Source: the human T2T-CHM13v2.0 reference genome, Homo sapiens. Taken from it: DNA of 64,000 nt. The translations under genes and the position numbers were made by a program. The stretch lies in the NCBI RefSeq assembly GCF_009914755.1, contig NC_060929.1; one strand, written 5' to 3'. Shown in pieces: positions 16,131-30,182 of this stretch. The notes below the pieces were generated by a model that was not told the origin of the DNA, did not search any database, and saw only the letters and a program-made list of their open reading frames with translations. Each line of letters opens with the position of its first letter. Position 1 is the first letter of the stretch.

Positions 16131-19100
16131 ACATGTCTTACCAATTTACAGTCACACCTTATTCAAGGCGGGAGGGATCTCAGAAGTTATCTAGTCTTGA
16201 GGCCCAAATGCAGCGCAAGATTAGACAGGGCAAGGTGGGGTGAGGTCAGTGAGAGCTCACAAGCTTTGTCATCTGACAGGTAGCTAAGCCTTAGCTCCCT
16301 TCTGCTCCCCTCCATGAAGGTGATTTTTTTTTAACCCAAATCTATGTCTTCATTCCTATTAATTTTTTTAAAGCTATATAGCCCATCATTGTACACATTA
16401 AGATCTTTGCAATTCTGACCCTGCTATCAAATATATGTTACATATGCCACGTCTTCATCAAAATCACTGGCACGGCAATAGAAGACCTTCACAAAGAGAA
16501 GAGCAGCAGGAGGAAAAATCAGAGGCAGTAAATGTAGATAACGTTTAGAGGTTCGCTGTAAGAGAGAAATGGGGTGGTAGCAGGACAGGGATTTGGTGGA
16601 GAGATCAAGTGGTTTTTAAAAAAATTCAAATATTTATAGGCTAATGGAAATCATCATTCAAATGTGAAGGAAAAACACGGTATGTAAAAACATGTCATAA
16701 GCTGTAAAGTTCAACATAAATATAATTTATTATATACATCCCCTTTTCTCTTGCCAGCCTATTTATGTTAAAATTTGATTTTTAGAGCCTCCAGCTCTTT
16801 CTGAATGTTCAGAGACCCTGCTCCCATGATCATATATCCTTTTTCTCTGAATATTTTGAAATCTGTGTCCAATAGCCCCTGCCTTTGCTGTTATGAATTC
16901 AAACATTACATGACCCCTTTCACCCAAATCCTGTTTTCGCATCAATCTCCTCCACTGTTCATGAGAATTTCTAAAAACCGATTTCAGATTCATTAAAGGA
17001 ACCATTAAAGGCTTCGTCTAATAGGATTACATTTTTAAACATGAAAACCTAAGATTCACTTTTTTGAGTTTTATTGTATCCCTAAGCAAGTTAGCAAAAC
17101 AAGATTTATTATTTGGTAAAATTATTCTCTAAGGCTGTAACATCCAATCCTGAAAATTTCTATGCAAAGCAAGAAGTGGCCGATACTAAACTCTTCCCCA
17201 CCAGCACATCTGCATACATAATCACATCATCAACACAGGGCTTTCTCCTCTCCCAACCCCCACTCTGGGGCCAAACAAAAAGTTAGTGTGCACACACATA
17301 AAGCACATTTACAATGTCTGCTCCACAGCAGACCCTAGCTAGGCTGCTCCGCAAAGGTACTAAATATTTTGCTCCTAGTTCTAAGCTCACCATTTGAGTA
17401 AGTAATAAGAAAGCAACCGTGATCTGTGCATAAATACAAGACATGTTCCTTCAAAACTCCGTTTCTAAACACGAATTCTTTACCAGTTAAAATATAAAAT
17501 GTGTTAGCCCCAGGCAAATGATTCTACACCCACCAATGCATTCGACTTAATGACAAAGACATATTTTTAAAGTACACTTGTTTATAAGATATCTCATAAA
17601 GTATACTACGTAAAGTATAGCACTTGCCAAAATATACTTTTAAAATACCAAAGTGCCTAAGAAAAAAATTGACTATTTGCTCTTTAAAGGGATAGGACAA
17701 ATAAATGTTATTCAGAAATTCACACGTGCCAAACTGATAGTAGCACTGCAAAGCGAACAGGAAGGTTTCTAGTTTCATAAATCAATCCACAGCTTCAAAA
17801 TGAGCCATCAGGTTCAACTCTAGGAAAACTATAAAGTTCTTTTGTCTTTATGTTCATTTCTATCAAACACCCTCAAAACAAATTTTCATGAATTTCACGT
17901 ATTGGCCACAGCTGTTTTTCCACCAGGACCTGTCTGATAACTTTGTGTGTAATCTGAGCATTACTTTGCTTAGTGTCAACGTGCAGTAAGTCCTCAATAA
18001 ACATGTCAAGAATTCTCCTCAATTCAAAATTATAAGAGCATCAAGGTCATAAAGATGCACTATTTTTTCTAAAACTAAAAAATTGTTAAACTCATTAAAT
18101 CAAGATTATAATGTAAAATACCCAAGTATTCCAATTTTAAATCATTTTCTTAACACGAATAATTTTAACAGATTTATATCACCATTTCTGTTTCTAAAAT
18201 AAATTCCTAAGTTCCTACTGCAACAGCAGAAGATTTAGATTTCATATAAACCCATAGGTTTAGAAACTACTGACAGGTAGGCTAACTTACAAAGATCCCA
18301 GCAGAAGCTATGCTTCATAGAGACAGATTTTTTTAAATCTGTTTTGTTCACTGCTGTTGCCTCTCCTTCACCAATGCCTTGACTGAGACTGGGCACACAG
18401 GATTTCAATTAATATTTGCTGGACTGAAAAACTGCGTATGTGTGAAGACCCTTGGTACAAAGCCAGACTTAAACCACCTGTAGGATCCCCCACCCTCACC
18501 CCCACCCCGAGAAAACCTGGAGCAAGCCCCTGTGGGACGGACACAGAATGACCCCTAGGGAATCAAGGAAAGGGAGGCTAAAACTCAAGGGGACTGACTT
18601 CACACCCAGTCTTCACACACTGCCCAAATGTGTTCATTTTGTTGCAGTGTCTGAAATCTCACCAACTGAGAGATTCCTCTAGGTTAACAAATCTCCTCTT
18701 TTCAGAATTAAGGAACCGTTTAAACCTGTCAACAACCTTAAGAGATGTACATTTCATCATTCCATTTTACAGATGAGCAAACAGGCTAAATGGCAGAGTT
18801 ACTTTTACAGTGTCACACAATGGACGTAAAGCACAGGCCTGACTCAGAACCTTTAATCCTACAATGCTGCCTCCCCACTGAGAGGGGAACAGGACTAATC
18901 TTCATCCATACCTCAATACACATGAGTTAGTTTCCAATACCCTTCTACAGAAACACCTAAAACAAGCTTTCTCAAAGACGGGGCTTTTGTTTGGGGTGAC
19001 AGGCAAGCAACAAGTAGCTGAAGCACACGAACACCGTGGAGGAAGGATCTGAAGTTCAGACCATGGATTTGGGGTGCCTGATGGAACCAAGCCTCAAAGA

Positions 19101-20379
19101 CAAACCACAGATTTCACAACACTGCAGAGGACCAGCTCTTGCTCCACAACAGCTTGCCTCCCCTTCTTCTTTCTACCCTTCCACGTGACCCTCACGGTTC
19201 TCTCCACCAGAAAAGAGGCTACCATTGTTAGTTGCCAGTCTGGCAACACTGTGCATCTCAACCACAGTGACTGGCACAGAGCAGGAACGCAAATATTTAC
19301 TGAATGAACCCAAGACAAAAGTTGTTTCTACGGCTAAGCTGGGACCCTAACTGCCATTTTTAACACAGTAGAGATGAGATATGCATCTTAAGCACCTGAT
19401 TACTGGTGTAAAACGGACTTTTCAAAGCCTAGTCTGAGTTGCGGACAGGCTACAGTAAAAGCCTTATGTGATTATTTTTCCCCAGCCAGACTGTCTCAAA
19501 GAAGAAAACAGCTTAGCACTTTGGCATACAAATACAGACCTCAGAGGGGCATAATATGTTAGTATCTTAAGAGTGTACAAGCAAATCATGACTTTATTTA
19601 GGTTGCCTACTTTAGGTCATCCTAACATGAACAGCAGTTTAGAAAAGAAAAATCCCCTCTCAGCATTCTCAGGGTGACAATGAGGGTGGGGATAATGGCA
19701 GATATCTCCCAAAAGTTCAGCGTGGGCCAAAACCCAAAAAATCATATTCCACGATGTGCAAAAGGTTTCTTTCAAACCATGACTAATAATTTAAACAAAT
19801 ACATGTTTACACCAAATAATCAACTAAACAAAGCCCTTGTTCATAGGAAAACATGACATTAAGCCGAATGGTTTCAAAGACAATTCTTGAAAATTTTACC
19901 TATTTCCCTTTTGGTCGGCACCCGTGACCTGAAAAGCCTTGGCTAGTAGTTCCGATTAGTGTCAGATCCTCATAATGTGACATTTTCAGGCGTCAAATTA
20001 CAGTAAAACTACTAGGGCAAGAACAAGAGCCAAAAGCAACAGGGAAGATGTCCATTTTCCATTTACACCCCCCCCCAATTTACCACTTAAGAAAAACGGC
20101 ACGTTTTTATATTAGAAAAGGGCCGCATCCTTCCAGATCTAGCGCAGCCTTAAGTCCGTGATTTGAGGAACCTGCCGCTTCCAAAATACAGGCTGAGACG
20201 TCCTCCCCATGAAGTAGTTTTGCGCTCTTGCACCACCTCCTTTGTCTACGCTGTCCCTGCAAACTCCTAGCTCGATGCCCTCCAGCAAACGAGCTGCCTG
20301 AACGCAAAGATGACCGTTCCAAGTCTTTTTTAAAAGAAGGGAAAAACCCAGTCACGCTCCTGGAGCCTGGTTCCCACGG

Positions 20380-21430
20380 GAGCAGGCCGGGCTGTCCACG
20401 ACGGAAGCCTCGACCCTGGCTGGGGCTGTCGGCCGGGCAGCGCGGGAGAGCCAGGGCCAGAGCCGGGGCCGGGAACCCTAGTCCCGCCGCCTACGCGGGA
20501 TGCAGCGACCACCGCCCGCCGCCCCCGGGCCGGCACTCACCTCCGTGGAGGGGCAGCGGCGCCAGCACCTGGCCGCGGACCTCGGCCTTGGGGGAGTCAA
20601 GCCCGTAGCGCCCGCGGTCGATGCGAAACGTGAGCGGGGCGCCGCGGCCGGGCTCCTGCACCGTCACGTTGATGAGCGCTGTGTAGTACTCCTGGCTCGC
20701 GTTGTCTGCCCGTGCCGGCCACAGGCTGCAGGTCAGCAGGGCTAGCGCGGCGAGCCGGGCAGGGCCCGCCCGCCCCGCGCAGCTCATCGTCCCTCCGGCA
20801 GCCGCCGCTGCTCGCGGACCGGGCTCCGGGGCCGGCGCCTAGAGGCGGGGCGGGCGCGGCCCGGGCGGCGGCGGGAGCGCGCGCGCGCGGCCTGCGCGGG
20901 GCCGAGCCCGAGCGCGGCCCTCCTGGACGCCGCGGCCCCGCCGCTCGCCGCCCTCACGTCCACTGCCCGCCTGTGGGGACGCGCCCATGGGCCCTCGGCG
21001 AGGGCGGCGTCTCAGGTCGCACGCGGGCGTCTCTTCGGGGTCCCAGGAGGGTTGTAGAAGCGTGCCCCCTCCATCCCCCCGGGTCGGTCCCACCGAATGG
21101 GAGGCGCCTCGCAAGGACGCGGCGGGGGAGGGGAAGGGCGGCACGGGAGGAAGCGCCCCGAGGAGGGTCAGCGGAACACAAAGTCCCTCTCGCGCGGCTG
21201 CCGCCTGAGGCGCGTGTCCGCCGCCGCCCCGCCCCCCCGCTGGTCTAGCGGCAACGCGCAGGCCTAAGGCGCAGTCCCGCCCCGAGCGCATGCGTGCCAG
21301 GGCCTGTCCGCTCCCGCCCGCCTGCACGAGGGCCCGGGCAGCCGGGTCAGCCGCTGGTGCTGGTTGTTTCTCTGTCGGGCGTGATAGCCGCAGGGCGTGG
21401 AGCCCGGGAGATTTGCGAGGACGTATGGAA
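20380..21430. promoter_or_regulatory. CpG-island promoter of RNF130 with GC boxes and an NRF1-like motif
   Basis: Very high GC and CpG density spanning exon 1; several GGGCGG/CCGCCC boxes; GCGCATGCG at 21286-21294; no TATA box seen. Confidence 0.9.
20541..20787 (-). CDS. RNF130: RNF130 (Goliath, PA-TM-RING E3 ligase) coding exon 1: signal peptide and start of PA domain
   Basis: Translation [82 protein letters not shown] matches the RNF130 N-terminus. ATG at 20787 (gggacgATGa). Donor GAG|gtgagt at 20541/20540. 247 coding nt, phase 1. Confidence 0.97.
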
Positions 21431-21598
21431 ATGTGTGAGAACAGACTACAAAGGAAAAAAAGCCATAACTTTAAAAGAAATGTTTAAAATTAAATGTCAT
21501 GAGATTTAACATTCACGTCATGCGGTTGACATCATGGATGGGGGATGTCTCTGGCCCGGACCTGCAGGGACACGAGTGGTTGGGAAAGACCTCTAGGG

Positions 21599-21925
21599 TA
21601 GCCGTCCCTAACCATTTTGGCACTGGGGGACGGGTTTCCAGGAAGAGAGTTTTTCCAGGGACTGAGGGAGTTGAAGTGGTTTCCGGATGAGGCTGCTCCA
21701 CCTCAGATCATCAGGCGTTAGATTCTCGTAAGAAGTGGGCAACCTAGGTCCCAAGCATGCGCAGTTCACAGCCGGGTTCACGTTGCTATGAGAGTCTAAT
21801 GCCGCCCTGATCTGACAGGAGGCGGAGCTCAGGCGGTGATGCTCACTCACCTCCTGCTCGCTTACTGGTTCCTCGAAGGCCCTGGGCCGGTACAGGTCCG
21901 CGGCCGGGCGGTTGGGGAGCCCCTG
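21599..21925. mobile_element. MER1B-like hAT-Charlie DNA transposon
   Basis: Terminal inverted repeats (..gtccctaacc / ggttggggagcccctg), 8-bp TSD CTCTAGGG/CTCTAGTG, MER1 internal sequence. Confidence 0.85.
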
Positions 21926-22353
21926 CTCTAGTGACTAGGTGAACTACTCCAGGGGCCCCCGGACCAGAGGGTTGCAGTGGGAACCCCCCCTCCACCTTCC
22001 GAAACGCGCGCGCGCGCGCACACACACACGACTCTCATTTTCTCTCTCCATGGCGTTTAAAAGATACACATCGCTATAAAGTATCAGCTAAAAGGAAGAA
22101 TGGGGCAGTGCAGCCGAATTCAGGAACTTACAGGATCTTTGTGGGGAGGCGGAGGGGGAAAGTTTGGCGTCTTCTGACCAGCCAGGGTTGAGTCTCCTGT
22201 CTCCTACTGCGGGAAGTGGGTGGAGTCAGCTTTGCACAACCAAATGTTCTGAAAATCCGGAAAAGAGGTGGCTCCCCAAAAAGAAATTTGAGGCACTGTT
22301 TCCAGGAAAGGGTACGGATGCAGTGCAGGCTAAAACTTAAGATGCCCACCACT

Positions 22354-22724
<371 letters not shown>

Positions 22725-23454
22725 CTACCATAGTCCTTATAAACCGTGCCCTGGCCTATGGAGAACGGCTTTTACTTATTTACTTATCCTCGGCAAGTAC
22801 AGACCCTAAGCCAAAGCAGCGGGGTCCTCGCCCTGGGCCTGGCACCTAAAGAGTGCTCTAATCTGGTCCCCTCCAGCTGGACCCTTCATAGGGCAAGGAG
22901 TCCTTAGCACCAAGGTACCCATGCTCTAGCACCTAAGACCCAGAAATTCCTTCTCCCCACAGCCCAGGGCCACATCTAGGGCCTGTGTAGGGCTCTTCCC
23001 GGTGACGGTCTCCTGCTCTTCTTGCTGGGCATGCCCTGGCCTACCCCTGCCCAAGAGGCTCATGGCCTCTACTCCTTTGTCCTTATAAAGGAGGAGTCTT
23101 CAAACTGTAAGGTGCCCATGACCCCTGGCACAAGAAACAATTATAGAAGCTCACAAGCACCACTTTGTTAATCAGGTGGGGAGGAAGTGGCTTTCTCAAC
23201 CCTTCTGAATTTGTCAAGGAGAAAATTGGTTCCAGAGCACCTTTAACACTTCCCTGGCACTTGCTGATCTCCCCTTTAAATAAAGCAAGATGAGGTCTCG
23301 GTGCACAGCCTCATCACGCACCAGCATGTACGGCAACATTCACACCAGCCTGTACTTGGGAGTGGCATTGTCTTTTAAGGAAACCTCAAGGTTTTAAGGA
23401 GACCTTAGGGAGACAAGAAGTTTTTCATTTATAATAGTGATACAACGCTACCTT

Positions 23455-24290
23455 TTAAAATATTATGGTAAAATACACATAACATAAAATTGTCCATCTT
23501 AACCATTTTTAAGCATATGGATCAGTGGCATTAAGTACATTCACATCGTTGTGTAACCTTTGCCATCCATCTCCAGAACTCTTTCCATCTTGTAAAACTG
23601 AAACTCTGCACCCATTAAACGTTCCCCCTTCCCCAACTACCATTCTTCTTTTCTGTCTCTATGATTTTGATGATTCTACTTACCCGCATAAGTGGAATCA
23701 TATAGTATTTGTCCTTTTGTGAGTAGCTTATCTTGCTTTGCACGATGTCCTTGAGGTTCACCTCTGTTGAAGTACGTATCAGATTTCCTCCTTTGCTAAG
23801 GCTGAATCATATCACATTGTATGTATATTCCAAGTTTTTTTTTAGCCATTCATCCATTCCACTGTATGTATATAATACACTTTGTTTATCCATTCATCAT
23901 AGGACACTTGGTTGCCTCTACTGTTTGGCTATTGTGAATAATGATGCTATGAACATTGGGCGTATAAATATCCCTTCCTGCTTTCAATTCTTTTGTGTAT
24001 ATACTCAGAAGTGGAATTACCAGATCTAATGGTAATTCTATGCTTAATTTTTTTCAGGAACTGCCCTACTGTTTTTTTAATAGTAGCTGCCCCATTTTAC
24101 ATTCCCACCAACTGCACAAGGGTTCCAGTTTCTTCTCATCCTTGCCAACACTTCTCTACTTCTTTTTCAAAATAGTAGCCATCTAAATGGGTATTAGGTG
24201 GTCTCTCATTATGGTTTTGATTTGCATTTCCCTAATGATTAGTGGTGCTGAACATCTTTTCATGTGCTTATTGGCCATTTGTATATCTTT
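23455..24290 (-). mobile_element. LINE-1 3' fragment (L1MA/MB-like)
   Basis: cagtggcattaagtacattcaca, attcccaccaac, gtttgatttgcatttccctaatgattagt motifs. Confidence 0.8.
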
Positions 24291-26199
24291 ACACGATGCT
24301 ATCTTTTAAAACATTTAAGAAAAAAGTGAATTAAAAGTATTGGTTAAATAAAAGTACGAGTGGTTTTATCGGACATGGCAGGTCTCACGGAGGATGTGTG
24401 CCGCAGTCTGGCTCTGGCCCACGCTGGCCTGTGAATGAGCTGCCCACGAACCTTTTTCCTTAATGGGGTTATTTCCCTGACTCCACCACGCACCATATTC
24501 CCCTGCCTCTGTGTCCATTTCTCAGCCTACAATAAATCCTAGGTCACCTGTAAGCCCCAGCTCAAAATCCCCTTCTCCCCAGAACTCCAGTGGGGCCCGA
24601 GCTGCCAGCCTCCCACATCCAGGCCCCGTAAGAGCTTCAGTCCTTCAGGAGGAGATCTGTCTCCCCTGTGAGCAATGTCTGCCCTCCCAGGACAGCAGAC
24701 AGGGTAATGGGTGTGTGTAAAGCATGCTGCACAGAGTTTGGGATGCCAGCAATCAGAGACCAAGCGGGGGTCCCCTGAACAGTGCTACAAACCCCAGGGG
24801 GTTGCCCAGATTTCCCAAAGTCCAACTCCTCTTTCTCCTCCTCTTCCTTTTCTTTCTTGAATGGCACATAATCCCCACTGGTCCTAGGAAGGCCCTGCTC
24901 TTGTTTCATTATTAACATGCTCCCTTTTATCACTATTTCTCACTCCCATTCCTTGACCCATAGGGAACCATTTTAGTGTGCCTCATGCGTCTCTTTTGTT
25001 TGTGTTCTTGCAAAATGTGTGTTGTTGCTTAATGTGCCTGTGCTTTTTAATTATTAAACTGTATTGGGTTATTGATGTCATTCTGTTTCTGATCCTCTTC
25101 ACCCAGCACTATATTGTGTTTTTTTTTTACTTCTTTCATACATTTATTGCTTTTTTATATTGCAACATAACATACATAAAGTGCAAAAATTTTATGTTTA
25201 CAACTCAAAACGTCTTTTATGAGGCGGAAACACCCTTTACCCATTATCTAGATGAAGATGGAGAACATTACTAGCACTCCTGAAAGCTTCCCTGAGCTGC
25301 TCCGTCGTGAGCACCCCACCATTCTGATTTCTTTTCTTCTTTCTTTAGAGACAGGGTCTTAGTCTGTCACCCAGGCGGGAGCGCAGTGATGCAATCATGG
25401 CTTCCTGCAGGCTTGAACTCCTGGACTCAGCAATGCTCCCACCTCATCCTCCCGAGTAGCTGAGACTACAGGTGTGCACCACCATACCCAGCTACTATCC
25501 TGATTTCTGTTACCATTGATTAGTTTGCCTGTTGTTGAACTTTATATAATATAAATAGAATCATACAATATGGAATCTTTGGTGTCGTTTCTTTTTCTTA
25601 ACCTATGTCTGTGAGATTTCGTGTTTTTGTGTGTGTAGGTATAGTTTGCTCTTTTTATTTGCTGTATAGTGTTCCACTGTTGATTTATCCATTTTCCTGT
25701 GGATGGGCATTCATATTGATTTTCGTTTGTGAATGTGATGGATCAAGCCGTTATGAAGCCTGCATGCCTCTCGGTGGGGATGTGTCTGCATCTCTGAGAG
25801 TGTCCTTCGGAGTGGGATGCTGTGTCATGTGCAGGCATGTATTTCGTGTTGGTAGGCACTGGCGCCATATTTTCAAGCTGCCCCCTTCCTCCCCACCTGA
25901 GCCTCTTTTATCTGTGTCTTCCCTCCCCACGCCCACCTCCTGCTCCTGCCCCTTGTAAGTCTCCATCTATGCTGGCGGCTTCCACTGTTGGTAATTATGA
26001 AACCCCACCCCCAGCTGTGGCTGCAGGTAAAAGCCCTGCAGAAACCCAGTCCAACTCCATGGAGCAGGCTGTCCAGGGAGGCTGTGTTCCTTATAGACCC
26101 TAAAGTCCTCACAGATGCTGTAAGTGAAGGGCTCTATGGAGACATCAACCACACAAGAGATGCTTCTGATACTGGCCGAGCTTTTTCACATTCACATCA

Positions 26200-26562
<363 letters not shown>

Positions 26563-27600
26563 TCACAGAAGGCCAAGAGACAGGCTCCAGGTCCCCAGAG
26601 TGGGTCGCCAGGGCAAGCACACGGCAAGGGTATTTTGCGACTCTCCTTAGGAGCTTTAATAAGTACAAATACCATTTTTTAATTTAAAAAAAATAAACGT
26701 TCATTTTAATATAAGCTTCTACTTCAGAGCAAGTGATTTAGCTTTCAATGATAGTCATGTCACCTGCTTTCAAAAAGTGAGATGTCTTAAAGAAAACTAT
26801 TTAATAAATAACAGGTAGAACACAGATGTGGAGAAATTATGCAACTGGTGTGCAAAGGACAGAAAACGGAAGAGGAGCTCAAGGGACAGATGCCTAGGCC
26901 TGGGTTTAAATCGATGCTGTGCTGGAGCCAATTATTAAATATTCAGAAATTCTGCAAGCCGGTTGTTAAACATTGGTACTCTGAAACCAGCCACGGCAGT
27001 AAAGTAGTATTTATACCATGGAAATTGGCACACACTACAAATCAGGCCTCCCTTCCCTCCCCCTCCCCCTCTTTCTTATTTTTCACAGTGGTTTAGCAGA
27101 ATGCCATTGGTTCAAATTCCCACTTGGCCACGAATCAGCTCTGTGATCTCTGCAAGTTCTCGTCCCCTTGGGGTCAGTTTCTCTCTGTGAAGTGGAGATG
27201 ATGACCTCTGCCTCTCTAGCTCTGCCAGATGCAAATCAGAGGACAGATGCCTGGAACATGTGGCCGCTGTAGTTACCCCATTCCCTGTGACTTGTTGCTA
27301 TAGAGGTGAGGTCTGTGAAGGGTTCAGCCTGGGTGAGGACTGAAACACCACCCTCCCACAGGCACCCCCCAGAGCAGGCACTCGCAGGCACCGGGTGCCC
27401 ACTGCCACCAGGACATGACGTAATGGCATTTTATTTAGAAAAATCTACAACATATTTGCAGTAGCAATCCAAAAAATTTACTCTCTTCTAATGAAAAATT
27501 TCAAATACATGAAAAAGTTGAGATTGGTACAATGAAGCAGCTGTGTATCCCACCACCTGGATTCAGCTGTGGTTATCATGTGGTCATAAATGCTGTATCT

Positions 27601-28075
27601 GACGGGTCCCCAACCTCACGGAGCAGGCTGGTGAGCGAGTGAAGCCTCATCTGTATTTACAGCTGCTCCCCATTGCTCACGTTACCACCTAAGCTCCACC
27701 TCCTGTCACATCAGCAGCAGCACTGAATTCTCATAGGAGCGTGAGCCGTACCGTGAACTGTGTGTGCAAGGGATCTAGGTTGCGTGCTCCTTATGAGAAT
27801 CTAATGCCTGATGATCTGTCACTGTCTTCCATCACCTCCAGATGGGACTGTCTAGTTGCAGGAAAACAAGCTCAGGGCTCCCACTGATCTACATTATGGT
27901 GAGTTGTGTAATATTTCATTATATATTACAAGTTAATAATAATAGAATTAAAGTGCACAATAAATGTAATGTGCTTGAATCATCTCAAAACCACCCCCAG
28001 CCTGATTCCAGTCCATGGAGAAATTGTCTTCCACTAAACCTGGTCCCTGGTGTCAAAAGTGTTGGGGACCTGCTG
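27601..28075. mobile_element. MER1A-like hAT DNA transposon
   Basis: gggtccccaacc ... gttggggacc ends; shares the tatgagaatctaatgcc core with the 21.6 kb element. Confidence 0.8.
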
Positions 28076-29492
28076 CTCTGTCACTTTGACTTGTAAAGCT
28101 CTTTCCTGAACTATCTTATGACCCTTTGGGCTGTTCTTCCATGCTATCACGGCTGGGACAATGAACAGTGAATTCCCTATGAACAATGAATTCCCTAAAA
28201 TAACCCCATATCCCACCCTTATTCAGATATTTCCAAACATCTCAACGTGTCCCTCCACCCTGTTTTATTTGAATGGGATCCCGTGAAAGTTCTGCAGGGG
28301 GTTTGATTATGCCTTTTTCTAGAAATTCAGACTGTAAGGGTGCACCCCAGATCCAGCAGAAGTGGACAGCCATCCTGAGACCCAAAGCTTGTATCCTGCC
28401 CTAAGACTGCACCACTCAGAACTCCCCAGGAAATGTACTGAGTTCTGCAGTTGTCCTGTCAACACCACAAGTATGCTGTGTTCTAATTTGTTGTGAGAAC
28501 ACTGAAATTATACCACAATCACTGCAACCTTCTCATCTGTAGCATACCAAGAACCTCAAAAAAATGAAGCTAGCCCAGGCTCCTCCCACCTCCCAGGCTC
28601 TGCACTAAATGAACGAAACTGCCCTCCTTTCCCTTCTCTGGGGGATGGTCTCATCAGGGAAGTAACGGCAGGAGTACGGGGAGGGAAACCTACCATGCTG
28701 GCAGTCCCCGAGCCCAGGGCTCTCAGGCCATGTTAGTGACAGTCTGATGGGGTGACATCGTGGAAACCCCAATTGACCCAAGAGAAGTGACAGGATGGCT
28801 CAGATTTGGAAGCTGTCATGTTCCAGAGACGAGAATTTGATCTCCCTGCAGATGCTCAGACACAGGGATTGTTACACCTATTTTGCAGATCTGGAAACTG
28901 AAACTCAGAGAAGCTCTTTGTCCAGCTGATGAGTAGTGAGTGGCGGCTCTGGGGCGTAAACCCAGTCCTGGCAGGCTCCTGGGCCTCACTCATGTTGCTA
29001 CTGCAGGTTGGCGCCAGGCTCAGGATGCAGAGGACCCCTGGGTTTCTTTGCATTTGGCCCAGCCCAGGAAGCCTCAAGCTGACAGTCGAGCTCTGTCCAG
29101 GAATTTGGGTGGGTCCTGGACCTGGTCCTGCCTTTGGGAGGCTGAGCAGTCACAGGCTGCCAGGATGGCTGCTAAAAAGCAGGATCGAAGGTATTGCTTT
29201 GTCCTTTGTCAAGATGAGTTTGATCAGAGTGATGAATGACTGAGCCACAAAGAGCTGAGCGAGAGGCCATGCACCTGGGCTGAGGAAGCCTGAGGCCAGC
29301 CACCCCTGCATCTGAGTGCTGGTGCTGAGGCTGACTTGCAGTGGTGATCGTTGGATTCCCGAGGGCCCCTCCACCAGGCGACCTAGGATATCCAGGACCC
29401 TTATCCTCATGGACAGGAGAAACAGACTTGGTCCAACTTGCACAGAAAGCGGCTCCTTTGGAAGTCTGCAGAGCCACTCATCTGGCTGGAAG

Positions 29493-30182
29493 TGCGTCCG
29501 GAACTGGTTCCTTCTGGTGGGTTCTTGGTCTCCCTGACTTCAAGAATGAAGCTGCAGACTCTCACAGCAAGTGTTACAATTCTTAAAGACGGTGTGTCCG
29601 GAGTTTGTTCCTTCAGATGTTAAGATGTGTCCAGAGTTTCTTCCTTCTGGTGGGTTCGTGGTCTTCCTGACTTCAGAAGTGAAGCCGCAGACCTTCGCAG
29701 TGAGTCTTACAGCTCTTAAAGGCGGCGCGTCCAAGATTGTTCGTTCCTCCCGGTGGGTTTGTGGTCTCACTGACTTCAGGAGTGAACCTGCAGACCTTTC
29801 CAGTGAGTGTCATAGCTCATAAATGCAGTGCCTCACCCAAACCGTGAGCCAGTGGCAAGATTTATTGCAAAGAAAAAAAAACAAAGTTTCCACAGCGTGG
29901 AACAGGACTCAAGCGGGTTGCCGCTGCCGCCGGGGGTGGCCAGCTTTTATTCCATTATTTGCCCCGCCCCCCCATCCTGCTGATTGGTCCATTTTACAGA
30001 GTGCTGATTGGTCCATTTTACAGAGTGCTGATTGGTCCGTTTTGACAGAGTGCTGATTGGTGCGTTTACAAACCTTTAGCTAGACACAGAGCGCTGATTG
30101 GTGTGTTTACAATCCTTTAGTTAGACACAAAAGTTCTCCAAGTCCCCACCCGACCCAGAAGCCTAGCCGACTTCACTTCTCA
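29493..30182 (-). mobile_element. ERV9/LTR12-family solo LTR
   Basis: TG...CA ends; near-TSD GAAG/GAGG; five CCAATCAGC boxes, GC box, AATAAA-type TATA and poly(A) motifs; U5 repeats typical of LTR12. Confidence 0.9.

Noticed and set aside
18321-18341. Short inverted repeat ACAGATTT-TTTT-AAATCTGT
   Set aside because: An 8-bp AT-rich stem is expected by chance in 64 kb.
16700-20300. Repeat-poor intron segment with isolated motifs such as CACGTG near 17723
   Set aside because: Could hold enhancers, but short motifs alone do not support a call without conservation or chromatin data.
20491-20540. C-terminal [16 protein letters not shown] of the 98-aa ORF
   Set aside because: Lies past the strong GAG|gtgagt donor and is intronic.
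20712-21327. Long Arg/Gly/Pro/Ala-rich ORFs on both strands
   Set aside because: Stop-codon scarcity in a CpG island; most use non-ATG starts.
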